In this document: positions 1-8,812 of the stretch, one piece after another
How positions within the stretch are numbered: position 1 is the first letter of the stretch
How the letters are laid out: every line of letters starts with the position of its first letter
Assembly: GCF_001457595.1 (NCBI RefSeq)
Contig: NZ_LN831039.1
Location: forward strand, 840,001 to 872,000
Origin: Mycolicibacterium smegmatis
Lineage (GTDB): Bacteria > Actinomycetota > Actinomycetes > Mycobacteriales > Mycobacteriaceae
Direction: 5' to 3'
DNA length: 32,000 bases
Program-made: the position numbers and the translations under genes
The notes under the pieces: generated by a model
The model's database searches: none
Seen by the model: the letters and a program-made list of their open reading frames with translations, nothing else
What the model was told of the DNA's origin: nothing

Positions 1-152
1 GCCAGCTTCTCGGCCTCCTCATGCCGGATCCGATAGGTGCATCCGACCCGCACACCCCGCCGAGTCAGCGCTGTGGTGATGCCGGCGCCGATGCCGCGAG
101 ACCCGCCCGATACCAGCACCACGCGATCCGCGTCGTTTTCGTACTGCGTCAT
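1..152 (-). CDS. Short-chain dehydrogenase/reductase, N-terminal part only (gene runs off the left edge)
   Basis: Reverse complement from the ATG at 152 reads MTQYENDADRVVLVSGGSRGIGAGITTALTRRGVRVGCTYRIRHEEAEKL, with a GGSRGIGAGI nucleotide-binding motif. Confidence 0.8.
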   Translation of the reverse strand, partial: MTQYENDADRVVLVSGGSRGIGAGITTALTRRGVRVGCTYRIRHEEAEKL

Positions 153-302
153 GCCTGGACTGTACTGATCGGTTCAATATCAACGCAATAGCGACCGATA
201 AATGCTCTTTACCTCTGTAAATATGCGACGACTGTCCCGAGACTGCGGTTGGACTGATCGGTACAAAAATCTTGCAATGCCGATGGCTGGTGTGTTAGGA
301 CT

Positions 303-1640
303 GTGACTGAGCGCACAATCGCCGCCACGGAAGGGGTCGACGTGACAACCATCGACAATGAGGTCGGGCAGAAAGTCGGGGCGGTCAGTCCGGCGCGGGT
401 TGCCACCGCGAGTTTCGTGGGGACGGCGATCGAGTGGTATGACTTCTTCATCTTCGGCACCGCCGCGGGCCTGGTGTTCGGGGTCGCGTTCTTCCCGAAC
501 CTGAGTCCGTTGTCGGGAACCCTCGCCGCTTTCGCCACGTTCGGTGTGGCGTTCTTCTCCCGTCCGGCGGGCGCGATCGTCTTCGGTCACTTCGGGGACC
601 GGATCGGCCGCAAGAAGCTGCTTGTCCTGTCGTTGTTGCTCATGGGATCGGCCACTGTCGCGATCGGCCTTATTCCCACCTACGACCAGATCGGCATCGC
701 CGCACCGGTTCTGCTGGTCGTTGCCCGGCTGGTGCAGGGATTCGCGGTGGGCGGTGAGTGGGGCGGCGCCGTCCTGATGGCCGTCGAGCACGCGCCGCCG
801 AAGCGGCGTGCGTTCTACGGTAGCTTCCCGCAGGCGGGTGTACCGGCCGGACTGGTGCTCGCCACCGTGGCGTTCCTGATCGTGGAGCGACTTCCCGACG
901 ACGAGATCATGGCCTGGGGATGGCGCGTACCGTTCCTCGCGAGCTCGGCACTTCTACTGGTAGGTCTCTACGTCCGGTTGCAGATCACCGAATCGCCTGA
1001 GTTCGAACAGATTCGGCGCAACGACCAGGTGGTGAGGCACCCGATCGTGGACGTACTGCGCTCCCACAAGCGCCCGCTGGCGGTGGGCATCCTCACGCAG
1101 GCGGCGTCACTGGTGCCCTTCTACCTGGTGACCGTGTTCGTGCTGTCGCACGGACCTGAGGAACTCGGTGTCGCACGCGAGACGATCCTGATGAGCCTGC
1201 TCGTCGCGTGTGTCCTCGACATCTTCACGGTGCCTTACGTCTCGATCGTGGCCGACCGGATGGGGCCGCGAAAGATGTTGATACTCGGCTCGTTGTACAT
1301 GGCCGCGATCGGATATCCGTTCTTCTGGCTGTTGAGCACCGGTGAGGGGTGGGCGGTGCTGGTCGCCATGATCCTCATCGTGACGGTCGGACACGCCGTG
1401 ACGTACTCGGCCGTGGCGGCCTATGTGTCCCGACTGTTCCCCGCCGATGTGCGGTACACCGGTGCGTCGGTGTCCTATCAGATGGGCGGCGTGGTGTTCA
1501 GCGCGCCCGCACCGTTCATCGCGGTGACCCTGTGGTCGGCGACGCACGGACACTGGTCGCTTGCCGCGTACCTCGCCGCGGCCTGCCTGGCAACGGTATT
1601 CGCCCTGATGTTCACGAAGACAGCGAAAGTGAGTTACTGA
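303..1640 (+). CDS. MFS transporter, metabolite:H+ symporter (MHS)-like family
   Basis: 445 aa; EWYDFFIFG near the first helix, GHFGDRIGRKKLL loop motif and multiple hydrophobic helices. Confidence 0.9.
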   Translation: MTERTIAATEGVDVTTIDNEVGQKVGAVSPARVATASFVGTAIEWYDFFIFGTAAGLVFGVAFFPNLSPLSGTLAAFATFGVAFFSRPAGAIVFGHFGDRIGRKKLLVLSLLLMGSATVAIGLIPTYDQIGIAAPVLLVVARLVQGFAVGGEWGGAVLMAVEHAPPKRRAFYGSFPQAGVPAGLVLATVAFLIVERLPDDEIMAWGWRVPFLASSALLLVGLYVRLQITESPEFEQIRRNDQVVRHPIVDVLRSHKRPLAVGILTQAASLVPFYLVTVFVLSHGPEELGVARETILMSLLVACVLDIFTVPYVSIVADRMGPRKMLILGSLYMAAIGYPFFWLLSTGEGWAVLVAMILIVTVGHAVTYSAVAAYVSRLFPADVRYTGASVSYQMGGVVFSAPAPFIAVTLWSATHGHWSLAAYLAAACLATVFALMFTKTAKVSY

Positions 1641-3289
1641 TGGCGCGCGACGTATGCACTGTCGAGCAGGCCTGGGACGCCATCGAGTCGCGGCTCGACC
1701 GTGATCCTTTCGGCCCGGACTTCAACACCGCACACGAGGCGTGCAGCCGGTATGCGACCGATCCGGGACGCCTGGCGCTGACGGTCCGGCATGAGGACGG
1801 ATCGGCCGACCAGTGGAGCTACCGTGAGCTGGACCGCCAGGCCGCCAAGGCCGCAAGGGTTTTCGCGCGTGCGGGCCTGCGCCGCGGCGACCGCGTGGCG
1901 GGACTGCTGACGCGTCAGGTCGAGAGTTGGATCACCGCGTTGGCCGCCTGGCGATCCGGTCTGGTGTACGTGCCGTTGTTCGGCGGCTTCGGTCCCGAGC
2001 CGATCGCGTTGCGTATCAAAGCCGCCCGAGTGTCGGCCGTCGTCGTCGATGCGCGGTACCGCGAAGCGTTGCACCGCGCGCAGCAACTGGGCGACCTCGA
2101 TGTGTCCGTGTTCGTCGTCGGTGGCTCCGAGGTGGCGTGCGACCGATCCTTCTGGTCTGATTTGGACTCCGCCGATGCCGACGGTCCCATCGTCCCCACC
2201 AAAATCGTTGACACCGCGACGATCCTGTTCACCAGCGGAACGTCGGGAACTCCCAAGGCCTGCGTGATGACCCACGCGGCGTTCCTGTCGGTGATGCCGT
2301 ATGCCGTCAGTGTGCTCGGCCTCGGCCCACATTCGCGTGATGTGGTCTTCTCGACCGCGGATCCCGCCTGGGCGTATGGGCTGTATTCCACCGGTGCGTC
2401 GGTGATGGCCCTGGGCGTGCACCGCGTCATGTACACCGGGCCCTTCGTGCCCGAGAAGTGGTACCGCGTGCTGACCGAGGAGCAGGCGACCGTCGTCACG
2501 ACGGCGCCGGCGGCGCTGCGCCGCTGGACCGAACCGCTGACACATGGCGGGGTGCCATCGAATCTGCGCCTGGTGGCGGCGGCCGGCGAACCACTGACCG
2601 AAGCCGTGGCAAGCGCATGGGAGGCAACCGGCGCGCCTCCGGTGCGCAACGGTTACGGCTTGTCAGAGGTCGGCATGTTGCTCGGCGACGTGCTCGATGC
2701 GGACGTCGCCCTGAACCCGGGCAAGATCGCCGGGACCATACCGGGTTTCGACGTGTTCCTCGCCGACCGGGACGGACAACCCGTGGGCGAAGGCGAGCCG
2801 GGCCTGATCGCCGTACGGCGACCACGCCACCAGATGTCGGCCGGTTACGAGAATGTGCCGGAGCGGTGGGAGGCGCGTTGGCGCGAAGATGTTTTCCTCA
2901 CCGAGGATCTCGCGGTCTGCGACGCCGAGGGGCGGTGGCAGGTGCTCGGGCGTGACGACGACATCATCATCGCCTCCGGTCACAACGTCAGCCCCGTCGA
3001 GGTGGAGAACGCCCTGTTGCAGCATCCGGGCGTCGCCGAGGCCGCGGCCGTCGCCCACGTCGACGACACGTACGGCAACGTGGTGCGCGCGGTGGTGGTA
3101 CGGACCGACACCGCGCTGGCGCAGGACGTCATGGTCGACGAATTGAAGGGCCTTGTGGGACAGCACGTCGGCCGCTACGCCGCCCCGCGGGTCGTCGACT
3201 TCGTGAGCGAACTGCCGCGCACCGAGGTGGGTAAGTTGCGTCGTGCCGCGCTCCGGGACAATCCGGTGAGCGGGGTCAGTGCACCGTGA
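1640..3289 (+). CDS. AMP-forming acyl-CoA synthetase / benzoate-CoA-ligase-like enzyme
   Basis: MARDVCTVEQAWDAIESRL start overlaps the transporter stop by 1 nt (TGATG). Contains LFTSGTSGTPKACVMTH, NGYGLSEVG, LGRDDDIIIASG and the C-terminal PRTEVGKLRR lysine motif. Confidence 0.88.
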   Translation: MARDVCTVEQAWDAIESRLDRDPFGPDFNTAHEACSRYATDPGRLALTVRHEDGSADQWSYRELDRQAAKAARVFARAGLRRGDRVAGLLTRQVESWITALAAWRSGLVYVPLFGGFGPEPIALRIKAARVSAVVVDARYREALHRAQQLGDLDVSVFVVGGSEVACDRSFWSDLDSADADGPIVPTKIVDTATILFTSGTSGTPKACVMTHAAFLSVMPYAVSVLGLGPHSRDVVFSTADPAWAYGLYSTGASVMALGVHRVMYTGPFVPEKWYRVLTEEQATVVTTAPAALRRWTEPLTHGGVPSNLRLVAAAGEPLTEAVASAWEATGAPPVRNGYGLSEVGMLLGDVLDADVALNPGKIAGTIPGFDVFLADRDGQPVGEGEPGLIAVRRPRHQMSAGYENVPERWEARWREDVFLTEDLAVCDAEGRWQVLGRDDDIIIASGHNVSPVEVENALLQHPGVAEAAAVAHVDDTYGNVVRAVVVRTDTALAQDVMVDELKGLVGQHVGRYAAPRVVDFVSELPRTEVGKLRRAALRDNPVSGVSAP

Positions 3290-4178
3290 TCGAGAAGACG
3301 CTGGTCTGAGCGGCGCCGGGCGCCGCCACCGGGTAGGTGCCACGGCGCAGTGCGTCGGTGGGCGCGGTCATCGGTTCGAAGCAGATCACCTCGTCGTTGA
3401 GCGGGGCGAAGATCTGTGAACAGGTGTATCCGCTGATGAATGTGACTGAGATGCGGCGGTTTCCACCGGACACGGCGAACACCGATCCGTCGGCAACCTG
3501 GTCGAACCCGTGATCCAGGAACGTCTCGCCGAGTGTTTCCGTGCCACCGGCCCACGGTGACGTGTCACCGGTCGGGATGGCGCGGTCGTCGACGGTGAGG
3601 CGGCGCATCTGCGGTGTCTCGATCTGCCATTCGGACCGCGGTACACCGGGAATCGTGAAATACGGGTGGTAGCCGTAGCTCAACGGCACCGCCGCGGCGG
3701 TTGACGGCGTCACCGTCGTTGTCACGGTCAAGGTCCGGTCGGCCAGGACGACGGCCATGGTGAGGGTGTGCGGAAAGGGGAACACCGCGAGCAGATCGGG
3801 TTGGCTGCTCCAGTCGAGGCTCGCGACCAGTGTGTTGTCGGTCTTCTCGTCGACGAGCCATCCGCTGTTGCCGGCCAGCACACCGTGGATCGGCCATCCG
3901 TGCTCGTCAGGGTGTACCCCGGCAACGCCCGGTGTGACCGCCACGGTGGCGCCCTCGGCGGTGTATGTGTTGGCGCCCAACCGGTTTGCCCACGGATACA
4001 GGATGGGCACCCCCATGGTCTTGGCGGCACTCACATAGGCCTCCAGGCCGCGGCGCAGGCCCAGGAACTCCACTCCGTCGTCGGACAGCGATGTGCAGAT
4101 CATCCCGGCCTTGGGCACGTAGGTGGCCGTGAGCGCGGAATCGGGGTCCTGCAGGATGACGGGTTCGAAGTCGACCAT
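3276..4178 (-). CDS. Aldose 1-epimerase-like protein
   Basis: 300 aa with GLRRGLEAY, PILYPWANRLG, HGWPIHGVLAGN, YGYHPYF and ETLGETFLDHGFD blocks typical of the galactose mutarotase fold. Convergent with, and overlapping by 14 nt, the CoA ligase. Confidence 0.82.
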   Translation of the reverse strand: MVDFEPVILQDPDSALTATYVPKAGMICTSLSDDGVEFLGLRRGLEAYVSAAKTMGVPILYPWANRLGANTYTAEGATVAVTPGVAGVHPDEHGWPIHGVLAGNSGWLVDEKTDNTLVASLDWSSQPDLLAVFPFPHTLTMAVVLADRTLTVTTTVTPSTAAAVPLSYGYHPYFTIPGVPRSEWQIETPQMRRLTVDDRAIPTGDTSPWAGGTETLGETFLDHGFDQVADGSVFAVSGGNRRISVTFISGYTCSQIFAPLNDEVICFEPMTAPTDALRRGTYPVAAPGAAQTSVFSITVH

Positions 4179-4222
4179 CTGATCAGTCTGTCACGACTGC
4201 GCACCGGCGGTGCCGGTAACGC

Positions 4223-5392
4223 TCACCGGGCGGTGAGCGGATCGTGCTGAATACGTTCTGGCGGTGCGCCCTTGGCGATCAACGCGGCCTTGGTGACCTC
4301 GACCATCTGCGGCCCGCCGCAAATGAGGATCTGACGGTCACCCCAGTTGCCGTACCGGGTCACGACATCGGCGAGCCTCCCGGTCTGGCGCACATGCAGG
4401 CCGCGCGGCGGCGTCGGATCGGGGTAGTCACGCGCCCACGGCGGATCGGTGCTGTACTCCGACACCGGTGTCACCGACAGCCACGGATTCGTCGACGCGA
4501 TCGTCCACAGCGTCTTCAAGTCGTAGAGGTCACACGGGAACCGTCCACCGAAGAACAGATGCACTCGCGGATTCTCCGCGTGCAGCGTCATGTCCATGAT
4601 CAGCGCGCGCAGCGGTGCCAGGCCGGTGCTGCCCGCCACCATCAGCACGTCCTCGCCGCTGCGGTTGACCTCCAGGGCGCCGTGCGGGCTGGACACGCGC
4701 CACCGGTCCCCGCGCCGGGTCTCGTTGACGATCGCGGTGCTGACCATCCCGCCGGTGACCGACCGGACATGGAACTCGATGGCTCCCGAGCGGTCGGACG
4801 GGATTGCCGGGCTGAGGTACCGCCAGCGCCGGGGCCACTGCGGCACCTGGACGGTGACGTACTGACCCGAGTGGTAGAACAGCGGCTCGTCGAGCTGCAA
4901 CCGGATCACCGACACATCGCGGGTCAGCCGGTGGGTCTCGACGACCGTGCCGTCGCAGAAGGCGGGGGACTGCTCGGCATCGGCCGCACCCCGCATCACC
5001 CCGATGAACAACGAGACCGCGTCGCGCGTGGCCTCCGCGAGCCGGTCGGACCACCGGTCGGCCAGGCGCGCCTGCAGCGCGCCGTAGAGCGCGCTCTGCA
5101 TGCTGTCGTAATGCTCTTGCGTCACACCGTATTTGCGGTGATCGCGGCCCAGTTGGGCCAGAAACGTGATGGGATCCTCGGCCCGCTGCGCGATCAGTTC
5201 CCCGAACAGCCAGGTCAACGCATGGGCGAAGACGCGGCGCTGCTCGGCCATCTCGGGCGGGAACAGGTCGCGGACCGACAGGTCGGCTGCGAACCAGTTG
5301 GTGTAGAAGTCGCGGATCAGGGGGTCCGAATCGTTCGCCGGGTCGACTGCAGCACGCAGCACTTGCAGCGATTCACGATCTTCGAGGCCCAC
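4223..5392 (-). CDS. Flavohemoglobin-like protein (globin plus FAD/NAD(P)H reductase), Rv0385-like
   Basis: Probable GTG start at 5392 (GLEDRESLQVLRAAVDP...). Globin half has RDHRKYGV around the proximal His. Reductase half has FHVRSVTGGMVS, LMVAGSTGLAPLRALI and ILICGGPQMV. Confidence 0.82.
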   Translation of the reverse strand: MGLEDRESLQVLRAAVDPANDSDPLIRDFYTNWFAADLSVRDLFPPEMAEQRRVFAHALTWLFGELIAQRAEDPITFLAQLGRDHRKYGVTQEHYDSMQSALYGALQARLADRWSDRLAEATRDAVSLFIGVMRGAADAEQSPAFCDGTVVETHRLTRDVSVIRLQLDEPLFYHSGQYVTVQVPQWPRRWRYLSPAIPSDRSGAIEFHVRSVTGGMVSTAIVNETRRGDRWRVSSPHGALEVNRSGEDVLMVAGSTGLAPLRALIMDMTLHAENPRVHLFFGGRFPCDLYDLKTLWTIASTNPWLSVTPVSEYSTDPPWARDYPDPTPPRGLHVRQTGRLADVVTRYGNWGDRQILICGGPQMVEVTKAALIAKGAPPERIQHDPLTAR

Positions 5393-5403
5393 GCCGGAGC
5401 ATT

Positions 5404-6402
5404 TTAGGCTCGGTTCGACCGTGCCTGACGCAAAGCGGCGATGACCACCATCACAGTGCCCAGCGCGGCCCAGCAACACAGCACCACGATCGCCGTCACG
5501 GCACCCGCGCCGCCGAAGTAGGCGGTGGACCGAAGCAGGGTCGCATTCGCGCCCTGGGGCAGCAGTTGACCGAGCGTGCCGCCGGGCAACATCTCCGGAG
5601 CCGCGGTGAGGCCTGAGAGCGGGTTGCCGACGAGGACGGCGAGCAGTGCGCCGATGCCGAGCCCGACGCGACCGAACAGTGAGCCGAGCCCCAGTACGAC
5701 GAGGCCGGCTGCGGCGATGCCCAGCATCAGGCCTGCCGAGACGCCCCAGAAGTTCTCGTCGATCGAGCCGAACACATACCGCAGCAGCGCGGCGATCGTC
5801 ACGCCGGCGACGGCGGAGAACGCGATCATCGCGATCAGGCGCGTCCACACCTCGTGCTTGAGTGCCAGGACAAGTGCGAAGGCGGGCAGCAGGCCTGCCA
5901 GGGTGATCGGCAGCGCAGAGGCGGCCAGACCGGTGCCACGCGGGTCACCCGAGGTGGGTGGGGCCAGGTCTTCGGTCCGCAGCGCGATCCCGGACTGAGC
6001 CGAGGTGCCCGAACCGATCTGAGTCAGCAACTGGGCGACGGCGGGGCTCGCGCCGGTCGCGGTGAGCAGGGCCGGACCTTCGGGTCCGAACGCGATGCCG
6101 CCGTACACGTTCCGGTCGAGGATGGCGCCGCGCAGTGCTTGCTCACCGGGGTAGTAGGTGACGGCGAAAGCACCGGGTGCCTGCTGTTCGAGCCGTTCGG
6201 CCACCTGGCTGGTGGCGGCTTGCGGCCCGGCGACACCGATCGGTACGTCCACCGGCTTGGCACGCGTCGCGGGCAGGGCGAAGGCGATCGCGAAGATGAC
6301 GATCGCGATGGTCACCACGACGATGATCCCGGTGACGCGTACCGCGGCCGGGGGTTCGTGGGCGGGCGCGGCGTGCTGAGCGGGAGCGGTGGCGGTGCTC
6401 AT
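5404..6402 (-). CDS. Multi-pass membrane protein with a large extracytoplasmic loop (YhgE/Pip/ABC-2-like architecture)
   Basis: 332 aa; N-terminal TM helix, about 150-aa soluble segment, then several hydrophobic helices. Divergent from the TetR gene. Confidence 0.65.
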   Translation of the reverse strand: MSTATAPAQHAAPAHEPPAAVRVTGIIVVVTIAIVIFAIAFALPATRAKPVDVPIGVAGPQAATSQVAERLEQQAPGAFAVTYYPGEQALRGAILDRNVYGGIAFGPEGPALLTATGASPAVAQLLTQIGSGTSAQSGIALRTEDLAPPTSGDPRGTGLAASALPITLAGLLPAFALVLALKHEVWTRLIAMIAFSAVAGVTIAALLRYVFGSIDENFWGVSAGLMLGIAAAGLVVLGLGSLFGRVGLGIGALLAVLVGNPLSGLTAAPEMLPGGTLGQLLPQGANATLLRSTAYFGGAGAVTAIVVLCCWAALGTVMVVIAALRQARSNRA

Positions 6403-6469
6403 GAGCGAAGCCTTTTCATCCGTCGTTGAATTTGCGTGTGAATGTGAGGGTAACGCCGACGCGGACGTT

Positions 6470-6487
6470 TTTCAACGGTCATTGAAA
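6470..6487. promoter_or_regulatory. Candidate TetR-type operator: TTTCAA-CGGTCA-TTGAAA
   Basis: Perfect 6-bp inverted arms with a 6-bp spacer between the divergent membrane-protein and TetR genes. Confidence 0.5.
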
Positions 6488-6502
6488 TGCTAAGGTCTGA
6501 AG

Positions 6503-7132
6503 GTGCCGTCGCCGCGGAAAACGCCAGGTAAACGGGGCCGCCGCCAGGGCGACCCGGTGTCGCGCGAAGCGGTGCTCGCGGCGGCGAAGCAGCGGTTCGC
6601 CCAGCAGGGCTACGAGAAGACGACGCTGCGCGCGATCGCGGCCGACGCCAACGTCGACCCGGCGATGGTGCTCTATCTGTTCGGCTCGAAAGCCGACCTG
6701 TTCCGGGAGTCGCTGCGGCTGATCATCGATCCGAACATGCTGCTCGGCGCGCTCGAGGGGACACCCGAGGACGTCGGCGTCCGGTTGGTCACCACGTATC
6801 TGAAGATCTGGGAGTCACCCGAGACCGCGGCGAGCATCCGCGCGATGCTGGTCGCGGCGACGTCCAACTCCGACGCGCACGAGGCGTTCCGCACCTTCAT
6901 CAACGACTACGTGCTCACCGCGGTCTCGGCCGTCCTCGGAGGTGGGGAGCAGACACGCCTGCGTGCGATGCTCGCGGGGTCCAACCTCGTCGGTACCGCA
7001 ATGGTGCGGTACGTCATGGATGTTCCGCCTCTGGCAACGCTTCCGGCCGAGGACGTCGTGCGGTTGGTTGCGCCGACTGTCACGCGCTATCTCACGGCGC
7101 CTGCCGAAGAGCTGGGGCTGCCGGAGTTGTAG
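6503..7132 (+). CDS. TetR family transcriptional regulator
   Basis: Helix-turn-helix region REAVLAAAKQRFAQQGYEKTTLRAIAADANVDPAMVLYLFGSKADLF. Confidence 0.9.
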   Translation: MPSPRKTPGKRGRRQGDPVSREAVLAAAKQRFAQQGYEKTTLRAIAADANVDPAMVLYLFGSKADLFRESLRLIIDPNMLLGALEGTPEDVGVRLVTTYLKIWESPETAASIRAMLVAATSNSDAHEAFRTFINDYVLTAVSAVLGGGEQTRLRAMLAGSNLVGTAMVRYVMDVPPLATLPAEDVVRLVAPTVTRYLTAPAEELGLPEL

Positions 7133-7194
7133 GGGGTTTCGAGGTCTGGGCACAGGATGGGGGCGGCATCGAGAAGGCATCGACGTCCGAGTGA

Positions 7195-7836
7195 TCAACC
7201 GCCTTGCTCAGCGTGGCGAGTGATGAGGGCCAATTCGGCTTGCTTCGCTTGTTCCGGAGTGGCGAAGGGCATGTTCGTGGCTGCGAATTCCTGCGCATTT
7301 GCTCTGGGTAGACCATGCTCGACCAAGGCGTCCACGATGCTGCCGTACACCAGGGCTGACGCCTTCTTCGTAGCGGTGTCGGCGACCACGACGATTTCCT
7401 CAGCAAGTTCAGCCTCGGTCATCGCAGTTACTTTGTGACTCAGTTCGATTCGTGCGACATTGCCGGTGGGATAAGCGGTGACAGCCACTGTTTCGGGCGG
7501 ATTGGTCACCACGGTCATCGGTACCTGATTCTCGGAGGTTGAGGCCGTAGAGGCGAGATCGAAGATCTCATTAGTGTGGTCACCTACACCAGGGTCGCCC
7601 TCGGTCGCCGTGCCTGGAAACGGCGCGCCGAAAGCCTCGCCAGTGGGTACGGGCTCGTCGTCCGGATCGCTCGCTGTTGGAAAGGCCGGTAGCTCCATAG
7701 AATCTCCGTCATCCTCGACGTGGTCCAGTGGCGCAAGAAAGTCCAAACCATCTGACTCGTAACGCTGTTCGCCATCATGTGGATCGTGAAGTGTCACGGA
7801 TTGATGTCTCCGATTCGCTTGTAACCGCTCGTCCAT
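7195..7836 (-). CDS. EspD/EspH-like ESX-1 secretion-associated protein
   Basis: The core TVVTNPPETVAVTAYPTGNVARIELSHKVTAMTEAELAEEIVVVADTATKKASALVYGSIVDAL aligns by eye with the EspD/EspH core (…FTVTNP..TVSVSTLMDGRI.HVEL…MSE.QLA.EI.VIADLARQKA…), and an acidic N-terminal region is shared. Start could be ATG 7836 or GTG 7857. Confidence 0.85.
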   Translation of the reverse strand: MDERLQANRRHQSVTLHDPHDGEQRYESDGLDFLAPLDHVEDDGDSMELPAFPTASDPDDEPVPTGEAFGAPFPGTATEGDPGVGDHTNEIFDLASTASTSENQVPMTVVTNPPETVAVTAYPTGNVARIELSHKVTAMTEAELAEEIVVVADTATKKASALVYGSIVDALVEHGLPRANAQEFAATNMPFATPEQAKQAELALITRHAEQGG

Positions 7837-7867
7837 TCCGCTCGCTGACAGCGACACCGGCTCAAGG

Positions 7868-8464
7868 CTAGGCTTCTCCAGCCACTTCGGTGTAGTGTGC
7901 CGTCGCCTGCAGGACCTTCGCCGCATTGGCATTGGCGAGAGCGGCCATTGCCAGCATTGATCCCGTCGCCAATGGAACCGTGCCGGCGACGGCGCCGGCT
8001 TGAATGGCGACCGACGCAGGCTGTCCGTAGGGCGTGTACATGGCGATAGTGGCGGGAACAATCATCGCAGCCAACGCAATTGAATAGATGTCGAGTAGCT
8101 GTCGCGTCTGGCTGACCTGCTCAGCTTGACTACGGATGACCTCTTGCATCATCTCGTCGGCCTGGGCGAGCTTCTGTGCGCGCTCTCGCTGCCGAACGAC
8201 CTGAGCGTCGTACGCCTTGGACGCGCTACCTTGCCATTGTTCGTTCGGTGCGGCTGATTCTTGGAGTTCATCGGTCTTCCTGAACTCGCCGCAGCCATCG
8301 CCGAACCTGGACCCATCGTCGGGGGTTCCCAGACCGCATTGCAAGCTCATTGCGGAGATCGCGAGCAAACCCGCCTGAATGATAGGAGTCTGCGGGCACT
8401 TGGGGAACATTTGCGCCACACCCAGGGCGTCTGTGGCGAGACTGGCCCCTTTGTACCAACCCGG
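7868..8464 (-). pseudogene. 3' part of a disrupted EspA/EspE-like ESX-1-associated gene
   Basis: …GWYKGASLATDALGVAQM…APNEQWQGSASKAYDAQVVRQRERAQ…QAEQVSQTRQLLDIYS…, i.e. WxG with a helical Q/R-rich segment followed by a hydrophobic stretch. The ORF-track start at 8515 lies inside the IS3 left end. True upstream sequence is at 11326-11445. Confidence 0.75.
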
Positions 8465-8515
8465 TGATCCGCCCCGGCGTGTCTGGAGAGTTCTTCCGTT
8501 GGGAAGGATGGGCAC

Positions 8516-8812
8516 GTGGGATCGAAGTCATCGAGGCGGTATCCAGACGAGCTGAAGGTGCGGGCGGTGCAGATGGTGGCCGATCTGCGCAGCGAGACAG
8601 TTTCGGAGTGGGAGGCGATGGGCCGGGTTGCTGACCTGCTGGGCGTCGGTACTGCCGAAACGGTGCGCAAATGGGTCCGCCAGGCTGAGATCGACGCCGG
8701 CTCTCGGGCGGGGCAGACCAGCGAGGAATCCGAGGTCCTGCGCAAGCTGCACCGGGAGAATGCCGAACTCAAGCGGGCCAACGCGATCTTGAAGGCGGCC
8801 TCGGTTTTCTTC
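8516..8812 (+). pseudogene. IS3-family orfA (HTH protein), 5' portion, interrupted
   Basis: MGSKSSRRYPDELKVRAVQMV…TAETVRKWVRQAEID…LHRENAELKRANAILKAASVFF. Restored continuation at 10310-10339 reads AAELDRPSQ*. Confidence 0.9.
8804..8812. repeat. 9-bp target-site duplication GTTTTCTTC, left copy of the IS256-family insertion
   Basis: Identical 9-mer at 10301-10309 immediately outside the right inverted repeat. Confidence 0.93.

Noticed and set aside
3276-3289. 14-bp overlap of convergent CoA-ligase and epimerase-like genes as an unusual regulatory arrangement
   Set aside because: Short convergent 3' overlaps are common in compact high-GC genomes, and no additional structure supports a regulatory role.
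7868-8515. ORF-track call with a GTG start at 8515 taken as a complete protein
   Set aside because: Its first codons (MPILPNGRTLQTRRGGSPG) are encoded by the IS3 left terminus; the native N-terminus is at 11445-11326.
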